Positions 1 through 9,754 of a stretch of DNA of 64,000 bases are shown here, one piece after another. Origin of the DNA: Alphaproteobacteria bacterium (lineage in GTDB: Bacteria > Pseudomonadota > Alphaproteobacteria > Thalassobaculales > Thalassobaculaceae); the NCBI GenBank assembly GCA_024742275.1, contig JANSYS010000013.1, positions 27,704-91,703 of the forward strand, written 5' to 3'. How positions within the stretch are numbered: the stretch's first letter is position 1; each line of letters begins with the position of its first letter. The notes below the pieces were generated by a model, which worked only from the letters and a program-made list of their open reading frames with translations, was not told the DNA's origin and ran no database searches. Both the position numbers and the translations under genes were made by a program.

Positions 1-323
1 TCGCCATGACGATTGCCGACTCGCCTCTGGTGAAGACGGCGATCGCCGGCGAGGACGCCAACTGGGGGCGCATCGTCATGGCGGTAGGCAAGTCCGGCCA
101 GAAGGCGGATCGCGACAAGCTCGCGATATCCATCGGCGGCGTGGCCGTGGCACGCGACGGCATGCGGGTCGAGGGCTACGACGAGGCTCCGGTGACGGCC
201 CACATGAAGGGCCGGGAGATCGATATCGAGGTGGATGTCGGCGTCGGCCGGGGGCGGGCGACGGTTTGGACCTGCGACCTGACCCATGGCTATATCGACA
301 TCAACGCCGACTATCGCAGCTAG
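1..323 (+). CDS. argJ: ArgJ (glutamate N-acetyltransferase / amino-acid acetyltransferase), C-terminal fragment; gene starts upstream of the window
   Basis: Translation [17 protein letters not shown]...[19 protein letters not shown] matches the conserved ArgJ C-terminus. The frame is open to position 1. Confidence 0.85.
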   Translation, partial: AMTIADSPLVKTAIAGEDANWGRIVMAVGKSGQKADRDKLAISIGGVAVARDGMRVEGYDEAPVTAHMKGREIDIEVDVGVGRGRATVWTCDLTHGYIDINADYRS

Positions 324-330
324 GCGCCTT

Positions 331-747
331 ATGGCCGAGAACAGTCTTCCTATCGTGCTGGTGGTGGCGGTCGCGCTGGTCGATGTCGACGGTCGGGTGC
401 TGATCGCCAAACGACCGGAAGGCAAGAAGCTCGCCGGGCTCTGGGAGTTTCCCGGGGGCAAGGTCGACCCCGGAGAGACCCCGGAAGCGGCGTTGATCCG
501 AGAGCTTCGCGAGGAATTGGGGATCGACACCCACGAGAGTTGCCTTGCGCCGCTGACTTTCGCCAGTCACGCTTACGACGACTTTCATCTGTTGATGCCG
601 CTCTACGTGTGCCGACGCTGGCAAGGCGACGTGGCGAGGCGCGAGCATGCGGACCTCGCTTGGGTGCGGCCGGTTCGGCTGAGAGACTATCCCATGCCGC
701 CGGCCGACGCCCCGTTGGTGGCGATGATCCAGGACATCATCGGCTGA
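331..747 (+). CDS. mutT: NUDIX hydrolase, 8-oxo-dGTP diphosphatase MutT-like
   Basis: NUDIX box GGKVDPGETPEAALIRELREELGI. I chose the ATG at 331 because the track start at 286 overlaps argJ. Confidence 0.85.
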   Translation: MAENSLPIVLVVAVALVDVDGRVLIAKRPEGKKLAGLWEFPGGKVDPGETPEAALIRELREELGIDTHESCLAPLTFASHAYDDFHLLMPLYVCRRWQGDVARREHADLAWVRPVRLRDYPMPPADAPLVAMIQDIIG

Positions 748-772
748 TCCTCTGTCCGTCGGACCGGAGCGA

Positions 773-946
773 TCAGAACAGGCCCAGGATGCGGCGGCGG
801 CTGTTGCGCCGACCGTCTGCCGGGTGAGCCTGCGGTTCCGGGTGCCGCCGCTGGACGGCGTTGTGACCCTTGATAAGACGCTCGATCTGGTCACCGGCAC
901 CGCCGGTTGCGGCATGGGCGAGCAGCAGAAGATGATTTCCGGTCAT
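773..946 (-). pseudogene. 57-codon ORF, probable N-terminal remnant of an NAD(P)-binding (NmrA/SDR-like) enzyme, divergent from the LysR gene
   Basis: Not in the ORF track because it is too short. AGGA lies about 8 nt upstream of the ATG at 946. MTGNHLLLLAHAATGGAGDQI resembles a degenerate Rossmann GxxGxxG N-terminus. The ORF stops after 57 aa, just downstream of the mutT end. Confidence 0.25.
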
Positions 947-1065
947 TTTAGGTGTCCTTTCACGAAACCCACGGCTATTGCGCCGTTCGATGACTTGAAA
1001 ATGATATCTTTCTGCGGTTATCTCAAACGATCCTTTCTCACCTTATGTGTTAGAAAAAGTATCAT

Positions 1066-2019
1066 ATGTCCGGGCGCCGACTTCCACCGCTGAACGCACT
1101 CCGCGCTTTTGAGGCCGCCGCCCGTCTGGAGAGCATGAGCCGGGCGGCGGATGAGCTTTCGGTGACCCATGCGGCCGTCAGCCACCAGGTCAAGGCACTT
1201 GAGGAATGGATCGGCCAGCCGCTGTTCCGCCGCGAGCATCGCCGTATCCGGCTTACCGAGGCGGGAGCGGACCTTCTCCCGGTGCTGGGGCAGGCCTTCG
1301 ACACGATCGACGCCCGTCTTGCCGATATCAGCGCGACCGGCGGCCGTCGCATGCTCACCATCACCGCGGCTCCGTCTGTCGCCTATCGCTGGATCGTGCC
1401 GCGTCTGCCGGCGTTCAGTTCCCGCCATCCGGAAATCGACGTGCGCATCGAGCATTCCACCAAGATGGTGGATCTGCGGCGGGAGCGGGCGATCGACGTC
1501 GGACTGCGATACGGCAAAGGCGGTTGGGAAGGATTGGAGCAGCATTGGCTGATCAGCGGCCATGCCCGGCCGATCGCGTCGCCGGGACTCCTGGCGAAGC
1601 ATGGATTGTCGTCGGCGGATTTGCCCCTGTCCCCGGAAATCATCGCCTCTTTGCCGCTGCACCACGAGGAAACGCGGCTGTGGTGGCGGCGCTGGTTCGA
1701 GAACAACGGGCTGCCGGAGGCCGACGTGTCGTCGGGTGCGGTGCTGTACGATGCCGGGTCGATTCTCGATCTGGCGCTGGCCGGTCATGGTGCGGTTCTC
1801 GGTCGCTTCGCCCTGGCGCGGGAGGCCATGAACGCCGGTCTGCTGTTACCGCTGCACGACGCGTATCTGGACGAGGATGCGGGCTACTGGTTCGTCTACG
1901 ACAAGGCTCGAGCGGACGAACCGCACATCGTCGCCTTTCGGGAGTTCATCCTGGAACAGATCGGCGAGGAGACCTGGACTGACTTGCCGAGGTCCGGCGG
2001 GAAGGGAACGTTCGGCTGA
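1066..2019 (+). CDS. LysR-family transcriptional regulator (GcvA-like)
   Basis: N-terminal wHTH LNALRAFEAAARLESMSRAADELSVTHAAVSHQVKALE. The 317-aa length fits a LysR effector-binding architecture. Confidence 0.9.
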   Translation: MSGRRLPPLNALRAFEAAARLESMSRAADELSVTHAAVSHQVKALEEWIGQPLFRREHRRIRLTEAGADLLPVLGQAFDTIDARLADISATGGRRMLTITAAPSVAYRWIVPRLPAFSSRHPEIDVRIEHSTKMVDLRRERAIDVGLRYGKGGWEGLEQHWLISGHARPIASPGLLAKHGLSSADLPLSPEIIASLPLHHEETRLWWRRWFENNGLPEADVSSGAVLYDAGSILDLALAGHGAVLGRFALAREAMNAGLLLPLHDAYLDEDAGYWFVYDKARADEPHIVAFREFILEQIGEETWTDLPRSGGKGTFG

Positions 2020-2039
2020 GGGCCGCCGCTGTCCGAAGA

Positions 2040-2978
2040 CTATCCGCTCCCGGGTTTTTCCCCGGTGCCGACTTCCGCGCCGCCGAGGGCCGCCGCGAGC
2101 CGGCCTTGGGCGGATCCCGGACGCAGCGGTTGCGGCTGGCTTGGCGCCGGCGCCCAACCGGTCAGGTAGAGGATCTGGAAGCGCGCCGGGATCCGCCCGT
2201 CGGCGTCGGCGAAACGGTCGGCGTAAACCGTTGCCACCCGGTTCAGCAGTGCGCGTGTCATCGGTGCCCGGCGCCGTTCCAGCACCACGTTGGTTTCTCC
2301 CATGCCCCGGAGGTCACGCATCAGATGCAGGGCCGTGTCGTAGGTCACGGTAATGGTGTCGGCATCGACGACGGGTAGAGCGAAGCCGGCGCGCTGAAGC
2401 AATCCGCCCGCGTCGCGCAGGTCGGCGAAAGGGGACACCCTCGGGCTCAGGCCGCCGGTGACCTCGACCTCCGCCTCGGCGAAGGCGTCGCGCAGTTCCA
2501 CCAGAGTTTCGCCGCCGAGCAGCGCCACCAGCAGGAGCCCGTCGGGCTTCAGCGCTCGCCGTACCTGCGTCAGAGCGCCCGGCAGGTCGTTCACCCAATG
2601 GAGAGACAGCGCGCCGAACACGGCGTCGAGCGACCCGTCGGCGATGGGCAGGAATTCTTCATCCAGGGCGAGCGCAGGACCCTCGGCTCCACGTGCCGCC
2701 GCCCAGCGCGGGGCAAGGTCGCTCTGAATCAGGGTGCCGACCTTGCCGCTTGCCCGGAGGGCGCGTCCCAATTCCCCGGAACGGGCTCCCAACTCGAGTG
2801 CCAATGGAAAGCGGCGGCGGATGTCCTCAAGCCGCTCGGCCAGACGATGGGCGACCTCCTCTTCGAGGAAGGCGAAGTCGCCGAACCCGTCCGCTGCCCG
2901 CTCGCGCCGGCGACGGAGCAGGAGACGGTCAAAGACGCGCATCGCATCGGTTGTCGCGGATTGGGCCATGGCCGCCAT
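2040..2978 (-). CDS. Class I SAM-dependent methyltransferase
   Basis: Methyltransferase-11-like core (LELGARSGELG..., LDAVFGALSLHWVNDLPG). Start is uncertain: in-frame Met codons at 2978, 2969 and 2942, with the track start at 3029. Confidence 0.8.
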   Translation of the reverse strand: MAAMAQSATTDAMRVFDRLLLRRRRERAADGFGDFAFLEEEVAHRLAERLEDIRRRFPLALELGARSGELGRALRASGKVGTLIQSDLAPRWAAARGAEGPALALDEEFLPIADGSLDAVFGALSLHWVNDLPGALTQVRRALKPDGLLLVALLGGETLVELRDAFAEAEVEVTGGLSPRVSPFADLRDAGGLLQRAGFALPVVDADTITVTYDTALHLMRDLRGMGETNVVLERRRAPMTRALLNRVATVYADRFADADGRIPARFQILYLTGWAPAPSQPQPLRPGSAQGRLAAALGGAEVGTGEKPGSG

Positions 2979-3038
2979 ATGGACCACACGCCGCAATAGG
3001 GAAAGGGAAAACCCGCCCCGCTCTCCCATGTCCGGCCC

Positions 3039-3782
3039 GTGACCGGTTTCGCCATCCCTCGCGCCATTGGGCGCGGCCTACTGGATCTGCTGCTGCCCCC
3101 GCGCTGTGGAGGCTGCGGCGTCGACGTCTCCGCCGACGCGGCCCTTTGCCTGGACTGTTGGCGAGCGGTCACTTTCATTGCCGAGCCCATGTGCGAGGTG
3201 TGCGGTGTGCCGTTCGAGATCCAGCCGCTCGGCGCGGCCGTCTGCGGCGACTGTCTGGCCGATCCGCCGGCGTTCGATAGAGCCCGGTCGGCCGTGCTCT
3301 ACGACGACGCTACGCGGCCGATGATCCTTTCGTTCAAGCACGGTGACCGGTTGACGCTGGCCCCGCTTTTCGCCGCCTGGATGCGCGCCGCCGGCGCCGA
3401 TCTGCTCGACACGGCCGACCTGATCGCCCCCGTTCCCCTGCATAGATGGCGGATGATCAGCAGAAAATACAACCAAAGCGCGATATTAATCAGGACTCTG
3501 GCCGGGATTTCCGGTGTTCCGGTTGTCGACAGTTTACTGGTTCGGACCCGCCATACGCCTAGTCAGGGGCGAAAAACCGGCGCTCAACGTGCGGCAAACG
3601 TGCGTGGAGCATTCGCGTTATGGAATAACTGCGGTGGGAACGCGGAAGTGATCGAGGGCCGCCGGGTCCTCCTCGTCGACGACGTTTTGACAACGGGAGC
3701 CACGGTTTCCGCGTGTACGCGCGTGCTCAAACGAGGGGGTGCGCGGGCGGTCGATGTGCTGACTCTTGCCCGTGTGGCATAG
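3039..3782 (+). CDS. comF: ComF-family phosphoribosyltransferase-domain protein
   Basis: N-terminal Cys-rich CGGCG...CLDCW and a C-terminal PRTase motif VLLVDDVLTTGAT. GTG start. Confidence 0.85.
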   Translation: MTGFAIPRAIGRGLLDLLLPPRCGGCGVDVSADAALCLDCWRAVTFIAEPMCEVCGVPFEIQPLGAAVCGDCLADPPAFDRARSAVLYDDATRPMILSFKHGDRLTLAPLFAAWMRAAGADLLDTADLIAPVPLHRWRMISRKYNQSAILIRTLAGISGVPVVDSLLVRTRHTPSQGRKTGAQRAANVRGAFALWNNCGGNAEVIEGRRVLLVDDVLTTGATVSACTRVLKRGGARAVDVLTLARVA

Positions 3783-3870
3783 GGCTGCCAAATCAGAGCG
3801 CTTTGCAAAAAGACCGGACTTTTCTTATTTATTTCGAGCGACGTGCGCTGTTTCATAGGAGGGGACCAAG

Positions 3871-4146
3871 ATGGCCAAAGAGGCCAAGGTTGAAATCTAC
3901 ACGACCATGTTCTGTCCGTACTGCTATCGCGCGAAGTCGCTGCTGGCGACCAAGGGCGTGGATTACGTCGAATACGACGTCGGCGGATCGAGCGAGGCGC
4001 GCCGCAAAATGAGCGACCGAGCGGACGGCCGTCATACCGTGCCGCAGATCTTCATCGCCGGCGAAGGCATCGGCGGTTCCGACGAGCTTGCGGAACTGGA
4101 GCGGACCGGTAAGCTGGATCACCTGCTCGGTGTTTCCCTGGTCTGA
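3871..4146 (+). CDS. grxC: Glutaredoxin 3
   Basis: CPYC active site (TTMFCPYCYRAK), TVPQIFI and GGSDEL motifs; 91 aa. Confidence 0.92.
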   Translation: MAKEAKVEIYTTMFCPYCYRAKSLLATKGVDYVEYDVGGSSEARRKMSDRADGRHTVPQIFIAGEGIGGSDELAELERTGKLDHLLGVSLV

Positions 4147-4210
4147 GGCCGGTTGGCGGCGGACCGGATACTCGCGGCCGAGCGTTCGATCCGCGTACCG
4201 GAGAGCCGAA

Positions 4211-5068
4211 ATGACCCGTCTGACTGTCGCCTGCGTTCAGACCAACACCACCCGCGACCCGCTTGAGAATATCGAGCGGGTCAGCCCGATGATACGGGAA
4301 GCCAAGGCGCGCGGCGCGCAGCTCATCACCACGCCCGAAATCGTCGGCATGCTGGAGCCGAAACGCGATCTGGCGTTGTCCAAAGCGAAGCCCGAAGAAA
4401 CCCACGAGGTTCTCGCCGCCTTCCGTGGACTGGCCGCCGAACTGGGTGTTTGGCTGTTGGTCGGGTCGATCTCGATCAAGGTTTCCGACGACAAGATGGC
4501 CAATCGCAGCTTCCTGCTGGACGACCGCGGCCAGATCGTCGCCCGATATTCCAAGCTGCACATGTTCGACGTGCAGGTCGGCGATGGCCAGACCTACAGG
4601 GAGAGCAATACCTATCGCGCCGGTGACGAGGCGGTCATCGCCGAGACGCCCTGGGGCCGGATGGGTATGACCATCTGCTACGACATCCGTTTTCCCTATC
4701 TGTACCGCAAGCTCGCCCAGGCCGGTGCCGAGGTGATCTTCGCGCCCGCCGCCTTCACCAAGGTCACCGGCCAGGCGCATTGGCATGTGCTGCAGCGCGC
4801 CCGTGCGATCGAGACCGGCTGCTTTGTGGTGTCCGCCGCCCAGACCGGCGAGCATGCCGACGGGCGCAAGACCTACGGGCACTCGGTGATCGTCGGCCCT
4901 TGGGGCGAGGTCTTGGCCGATGCCGGCGAGGCGGTCGGTGTGATCACGGCGGAAATCGACCTTGCCCGCGTGGCCGAGGCGCGCGGCAAGGTACCGTCGC
5001 TGACCCATGACCGGACCTTGGGCGACCCCGTCCTCTACGGCGGCAGTCTGCGCCAGGCCGGCGAATAG
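4211..5068 (+). CDS. Carbon-nitrogen hydrolase (nitrilase/Nit family)
   Basis: MTRLTVACVQ start; motifs TPE, YSKLHMFD and the Cys motif MTICYDIRFP. The track ORF (4088) is over-extended into grxC. Confidence 0.88.
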   Translation: MTRLTVACVQTNTTRDPLENIERVSPMIREAKARGAQLITTPEIVGMLEPKRDLALSKAKPEETHEVLAAFRGLAAELGVWLLVGSISIKVSDDKMANRSFLLDDRGQIVARYSKLHMFDVQVGDGQTYRESNTYRAGDEAVIAETPWGRMGMTICYDIRFPYLYRKLAQAGAEVIFAPAAFTKVTGQAHWHVLQRARAIETGCFVVSAAQTGEHADGRKTYGHSVIVGPWGEVLADAGEAVGVITAEIDLARVAEARGKVPSLTHDRTLGDPVLYGGSLRQAGE

Positions 5069-5089
5069 ATCTCCGGCGCGGTAGCCAGC

Positions 5090-5632
5090 TCAGGCCGGCC
5101 GAACCGCGACCACCCGTTGTTTCACCGCCGGCGTCGGAACGTGCTCCTCCAGGTCCTCGTACGCCATCACCTGGAGTTCCGGCCGGACGGCGATAAGCAG
5201 TTCCTCGCGGTGCAGTAGGAAGTCCGGATTTCTTGGCTTGCCGAACCGCTCGTTGCCGACTGCGAAGGTCTCGTAGATCAGAACCCCACCCGGCGCCACC
5301 GAGGCGACCAGCGCTGGGAACAGGGGGCGATACAGGTAGTTCACCACAACCACGCCCGCGAAGGTCCGCCCCTCCAACGGCCAGGGTCGCCCGTTCTCCA
5401 GATCGCGGGCGACGATCTCGACATCCGCTTCTCCGGCCATGTCGCTGACCCGGACCACGTCCCGGTCGAGAGCGACGACCGGATGGCCCCGGTCGCGGAA
5501 CATGCGGGCGTGGCGGCCGGTGCCGCAGGCGACGTCCAGCACCGTGCCGCCGGCCGGAACCATTGGCGCGAAACGAGCGACCCAGGGTGCGGGGTCCGGA
5601 TGCGAAACGGGCGAAAGCGCCTCGGCGGCCAT
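5090..5632 (-). CDS. Class I SAM-dependent methyltransferase
   Basis: SAM motif VLDVACGTGRHA. The start lies 2 nt downstream of the stop of the upstream fusion gene. Confidence 0.8.
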   Translation of the reverse strand: MAAEALSPVSHPDPAPWVARFAPMVPAGGTVLDVACGTGRHARMFRDRGHPVVALDRDVVRVSDMAGEADVEIVARDLENGRPWPLEGRTFAGVVVVNYLYRPLFPALVASVAPGGVLIYETFAVGNERFGKPRNPDFLLHREELLIAVRPELQVMAYEDLEEHVPTPAVKQRVVAVRPA

Positions 5633-5634
5633 GG

Positions 5635-7749
5635 TCAGACCTCCACCGTCGCCGGCACGCGGGCGCCGCTGAACGCGCAGGCGGGGCAGGCGAGGCGGAC
5701 GAAGACGCCCACGATCTCCTCGGGCCGCGGCAAACGGGTCGGATCCTCATCGGGCAAGGCCGACGCCCGCATGGCGGTGCGAACTTCGCCCGGGTCCACC
5801 AAGTTGACGCGTACCGTCGAGGAGTGTGTCTCCGCCGCGTAGGCGCGCGCCAGCGCCTCCAGCCCAGCCTTGGAGGCCGCGTAGGGTCCCCAGTCCGGCA
5901 AGGCACCCTGGGCGGCTCCAGAGGTCACCAGCAGGGCGCGTCCCGCCGGGGCGGCGCGCAGGAGAGGATCCAATTCGCGCAGCAGACGGTAGGTGGCGGT
6001 CAGGTTCACGGCGATGGTCCGGTCGAAGGCGGCATCCGAGGTGTCGGCCAGTGGACCGATGTCGCCGAGCACGCCGTGGTTGGCCACCAGCACGTCGAGC
6101 CGCCCGAGCTTTTCGCCGATCCGTTTCGCCAGACCCTCGGTGGCGTTCGGGTCGGACAGGTCGAGGGCCAGTGTCGCCGCTTGTCCCCCCGCCCTTCGGA
6201 TACGTTCGGCGACGGTGTCCATTTCCGTTTGCGATCGGGCGGCCAGCACCACCCGCGCACCCTCGGCGGCGTAACGTTCGGCCACAGCAGCGCCGATGCC
6301 CCGCGACGCCCCGGTGATCAGGCAGGTGAGGCCCTTGAGGGCGCCGCCGCCGGCCGTGATGTCGGCCAGTGCCCTGTCGTCGCCGACCACGCCGATCTGA
6401 TCGAGTATCTCGTCCAGGACGGCGCGCAGGGTGTCGGCAATGCGGTCGATTTCCCGATGGGTAACGACAAGTGGCGGGGCGATCACGACCGCGTCGCGCA
6501 CGGCCCGCACGATGATGCCGCGATTCTGCATCTGGTCGCGTACGACGGCGCCGACGATCCCCTCCGGCTCGAACAGCATCCTCGGATCGCGCTGCTGGAC
6601 CAGTTCGACCGCGCCGATCAGGCCGACGCTCCGCACCTCGCCGACCATCGGATGGTCCGCCAATCGTCGAAGACCAGCGGCGAAGTGTTCCGCCAGGTCG
6701 TCGCGCACCCGCTCGACCAGACGTTCGCGGGCGATGATTTCCAGATTGGCCAGTGCCACGGCGGCGGCGACCGGATGGCCGGCATAGGTGAAGCCGTGGG
6801 CGATACCGCCGCTTCTCTCGATCAGGGTTTCGGCGACCCGTTTGCCCACCATGACCGCCGAGATCGGCTGATACCCCGACGACAGTCCCTTCGCGAGCGC
6901 TATGAAGTCCGGCGTCAGACCGAACTTCTCCGCCGCCGTCCAGGCACCGAGCCGACCGAAGGCGCTCACCACTTCGTCGAGCGTGAACAGAACGTCGTGG
7001 CGTCTGCAAATCTCCTGAACTCGCGCCAGGTACCCGGCCGGCGGGATGATGACGCCGCCGGCGCCTTGAACCGGCTCGACCACGACCCCGGCGACCCTGT
7101 CCGCACCGATCTCCAGGATCTTTGCCTCGATCCAACCGGCGGCCCGCTCCGCGAAGGCGTCCTCCGTCTCCCCCGCGGCGCCGTGGCGGAAGCGGTAGGC
7201 GGTGTCGACATGGGCGAAGCCGGGGAGCGGCAGCCCGCCCTGGGCATGCATGGCGATCGTGCCGCCGAGGCTGATCGTCGCCAGGGTGGAGCCGTGATAG
7301 CCTTCCTCCCGGCCGATCATGATCGTCTTCTCAGGCCGGCCCTGGAGTTCCCAGAACAGCCGCGACAGCCGCACGATGCTGTCCAGCGCCTCGGAGCCGG
7401 AATTGGCGAAGACAACATGGTCCAGCCCGGCCGGGGTCAGAGCCGCCAGCTTCGCCGCCAACGCCGCCGTCGGCGCCGTGGTGGTCTTGAAGAACGTGTT
7501 GTAGTAGGCGAGCCGCTCCATCTGCTCGGCGGCGGCTGCGGCCAGTTCCGTCCGTCCGTAGCCGACATTCACGCACCAGAGCCCGGCAAGCGCGTCGAGG
7601 TAAAGCTTGCCGTCTTCGTCCCAAAGTGTGCAGCCCCGTCCGCCAGCCATCACGATGGGCGCGTCGTCCAGGAGCACCTTCGGGTCGGTGAAGGGGTGCA
7701 GGTGGTGCGCGCTGTCGAGGCGAGCCAGATCGGACGGGGTCGCGGTCAT
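5635..7749 (-). CDS. Fusion protein: class III (omega) PLP aminotransferase (about 445 aa) plus a C-terminal short-chain dehydrogenase/reductase (about 240 aa)
   Basis: One uninterrupted 704-aa ORF. The N-terminal part (HLHPFTD..., WCVNVGYGR, TLDEVVSAFGRLG) is aminotransferase class III. The C-terminal part has the SDR motifs TGASRGIG and YAASKAGL. Confidence 0.85.
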   Translation of the reverse strand: MTATPSDLARLDSAHHLHPFTDPKVLLDDAPIVMAGGRGCTLWDEDGKLYLDALAGLWCVNVGYGRTELAAAAAEQMERLAYYNTFFKTTTAPTAALAAKLAALTPAGLDHVVFANSGSEALDSIVRLSRLFWELQGRPEKTIMIGREEGYHGSTLATISLGGTIAMHAQGGLPLPGFAHVDTAYRFRHGAAGETEDAFAERAAGWIEAKILEIGADRVAGVVVEPVQGAGGVIIPPAGYLARVQEICRRHDVLFTLDEVVSAFGRLGAWTAAEKFGLTPDFIALAKGLSSGYQPISAVMVGKRVAETLIERSGGIAHGFTYAGHPVAAAVALANLEIIARERLVERVRDDLAEHFAAGLRRLADHPMVGEVRSVGLIGAVELVQQRDPRMLFEPEGIVGAVVRDQMQNRGIIVRAVRDAVVIAPPLVVTHREIDRIADTLRAVLDEILDQIGVVGDDRALADITAGGGALKGLTCLITGASRGIGAAVAERYAAEGARVVLAARSQTEMDTVAERIRRAGGQAATLALDLSDPNATEGLAKRIGEKLGRLDVLVANHGVLGDIGPLADTSDAAFDRTIAVNLTATYRLLRELDPLLRAAPAGRALLVTSGAAQGALPDWGPYAASKAGLEALARAYAAETHSSTVRVNLVDPGEVRTAMRASALPDEDPTRLPRPEEIVGVFVRLACPACAFSGARVPATVEV

Positions 7750-7853
7750 CGTGGGCCTCTGTCTTGGGACGGCAGGTGTCCCTTGAATATCGGAACACTG
7801 GTACGTCCGTTCGTGACGGCTATATTACCGCCATGAGGGAGCTTGAGTGACCG

Positions 7854-8315
7854 ATGATCCGATACCGCCTGCGTTGCAGCGCCGAGCATGAGTTCGAGGC
7901 GTGGTTCCAGAACAGTTCGGCATTCGAGAAACAAGCCGAATCGGGCCTCCTGTCCTGTCCGGATTGCGGGTCGTCCGAAGTGTCGCGGGCGCTTATGGCG
8001 CCGGCGCTGCAGGGGACTCATCGGGACTCCAAACCCGTCCCCGCGCCTCCGCCTATCGGTGCGGCGGAGGGCGAACAGAAGCAGGTCGCGACCAACGCGC
8101 TCGTCCTTAAGCAGCAGCTCTTGAGCCTTCGCCGCAAGATCGAAGAGAATTTCGACAATGTCGGCGACCGTTTCGCCGAAGAAGCCCGAAAGATCCACTA
8201 CGGCGATACGGATCCGCGCGGCATCTACGGTGACACGACGCCGGAGGAGCGCGAGGCGTTGGCGGATGAGGGGATCGAGGTCGGCAGCATCCCCTGGCTG
8301 CGCGACGACGCCTAG
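7854..8315 (+). CDS. DUF1178-family protein (zinc-ribbon N-terminus)
   Basis: MIRYRLRCSAEHEFEAWFQNSSAFEKQ...SCPDCGS is the typical DUF1178 N-terminus as I recall it. Confidence 0.8.
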   Translation: MIRYRLRCSAEHEFEAWFQNSSAFEKQAESGLLSCPDCGSSEVSRALMAPALQGTHRDSKPVPAPPPIGAAEGEQKQVATNALVLKQQLLSLRRKIEENFDNVGDRFAEEARKIHYGDTDPRGIYGDTTPEEREALADEGIEVGSIPWLRDDA

Positions 8316-8316
8316 G

Positions 8317-9753
8317 GTGACCGAACACGGGGCGCTCCTGGACGGCCTGCGGCGCGAGCTGGGTGTGGACGCCGTCCTCACCGATCCGGGCGATCGCGCT
8401 TCCTATGAGACCGACCTTCTGAAGACCCGGACTGGTCGCGCTCTTGCCGTGGTTCGGCCGCGCGATACAGCCGGGGTGGCGACGACCGTTCGGCGCTGTG
8501 CCGAGATCGGACTCCCGATCGTGCCGCAGGGCGGCAACACGGGGTTTTGCCAGGGCGCCACCCCGCCGGACGATGGACGCGCGATCGTCTTGTCGCTCGA
8601 ACGTCTGCGGGCGATACGGTCGGTCGACCCCGTCGGTTCGACCTTGGTGGCGGAGGCGGGAGTGACACTGGCGGAGGCGCGTGCGGCGGCCGATCGCCGG
8701 GGACTTCAGCTTGCGATCCAGCATGGCGGCCTCTCCTCGACCGTCGGCGGCAACGTGTCGACCAATGCGGGCGGCAGCAACGTACTGCGCTACGGGATGG
8801 CGCGGGCGCAGATCCTGGGTCTGGAAGTGGTTCTGGCCGACGGAGAGATCTGGGACGGCCTGGCGCCCCTGGCCAAGGACAATGCCGGCACCGATCTCAA
8901 ACAGTTCTTTATCGGGACCGAGGGCACGTTGGGCATCGTCACGGCCGCGACCCTGCGTCTGTTTCCGGCAGCACGGTTTAGCGCGACAGCCCTGGTTGCG
9001 GTCCGATCGGTGGAGGACGCGCTGGCGTTGCTCGCGCGGCTGCGGTCCGAGGCGGGGGAGGCGCTGACCGCCGCAGAACTGATCCCCCGCGCCGGGCTCG
9101 ATCTGTATTTCGCGCATGCCGGAATCCGGCACGAGCCCTTTGGCGGCGTCTATCCCTGGCAGGTCCTGGTCGAATTGGCATCGTCGAGCCGGCACTTCAA
9201 CCTCGACGCGGCGCTGGAGGAGGCTGTTGGCTCTGCGCTGGAGGCTGGCGAAGTGACGGATGCCGTGCAGGCGCGGTCCGACGGTCAGCGCGCCGCGCTT
9301 TGGGCCTTGCGCGAGGGGCTTGCGAGCGCCCAGGTGGCCACGCCGGGCAATCTGAAAAACGATACGGCAGTGCCGATTGCCGCCATTCCCCAATTCATCG
9401 CCCGAGCGACTGCGGCGGTCGCGGAGATTGCGCCCGCGGCGGTCCCGATCCCGTTCGGTCACCTCGGCGACGGGAATATTCACTTCAACGTCAATCCGCC
9501 GCGCGGCGCCGACGGCCACGCGTTCAAGGCGCACTGGCCGGCGCTCGTTACCGCCATCGACGGCGTGGCGACGGCGTTCGGCGGATCGATCGCGGCGGAG
9601 CACGGGCTCGGGCGTACGAAGGTGGCGGCGGCGGCCCGCTTGAAGTCGGGCCTGGATCTGGATCTGATGCGGCGCTTGAAGCGGACGCTGGATCCGATCG
9701 GACGGCTGAATCCCGGCGTGATGCTGACGCCGGACGACAGGGGTCGAGACTGA
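8317..9753 (+). CDS. FAD-binding oxidoreductase (GlcD / D-2-hydroxyacid dehydrogenase-like, FAD-linked oxidase)
   Basis: The in-frame GTG at 8317 gives VTEHGALLDGLRRELG...; FAD-binding PCMH-type motifs (VVPQGGNTGF, LGIVT). The track start at 8158 overlaps the DUF1178 gene. Confidence 0.85.
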   Translation: MTEHGALLDGLRRELGVDAVLTDPGDRASYETDLLKTRTGRALAVVRPRDTAGVATTVRRCAEIGLPIVPQGGNTGFCQGATPPDDGRAIVLSLERLRAIRSVDPVGSTLVAEAGVTLAEARAAADRRGLQLAIQHGGLSSTVGGNVSTNAGGSNVLRYGMARAQILGLEVVLADGEIWDGLAPLAKDNAGTDLKQFFIGTEGTLGIVTAATLRLFPAARFSATALVAVRSVEDALALLARLRSEAGEALTAAELIPRAGLDLYFAHAGIRHEPFGGVYPWQVLVELASSSRHFNLDAALEEAVGSALEAGEVTDAVQARSDGQRAALWALREGLASAQVATPGNLKNDTAVPIAAIPQFIARATAAVAEIAPAAVPIPFGHLGDGNIHFNVNPPRGADGHAFKAHWPALVTAIDGVATAFGGSIAAEHGLGRTKVAAAARLKSGLDLDLMRRLKRTLDPIGRLNPGVMLTPDDRGRD

Positions 9754-9754
9754 C

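Noticed and set aside
824-1093. 89-aa plus ORF and 204-aa minus ORF (301..915) in the mutT-LysR spacer
   Set aside because: They have no motifs, overlap better-supported genes or the 57-codon stub, and have shadow-like composition.
5563-7836. 757-aa plus-strand ORF
   Set aside because: It is antisense to the aminotransferase-SDR gene, which has unmistakable family motifs. The translation is Arg/Gly/Pro/Ala-rich with no motifs, typical of a high-GC shadow ORF.
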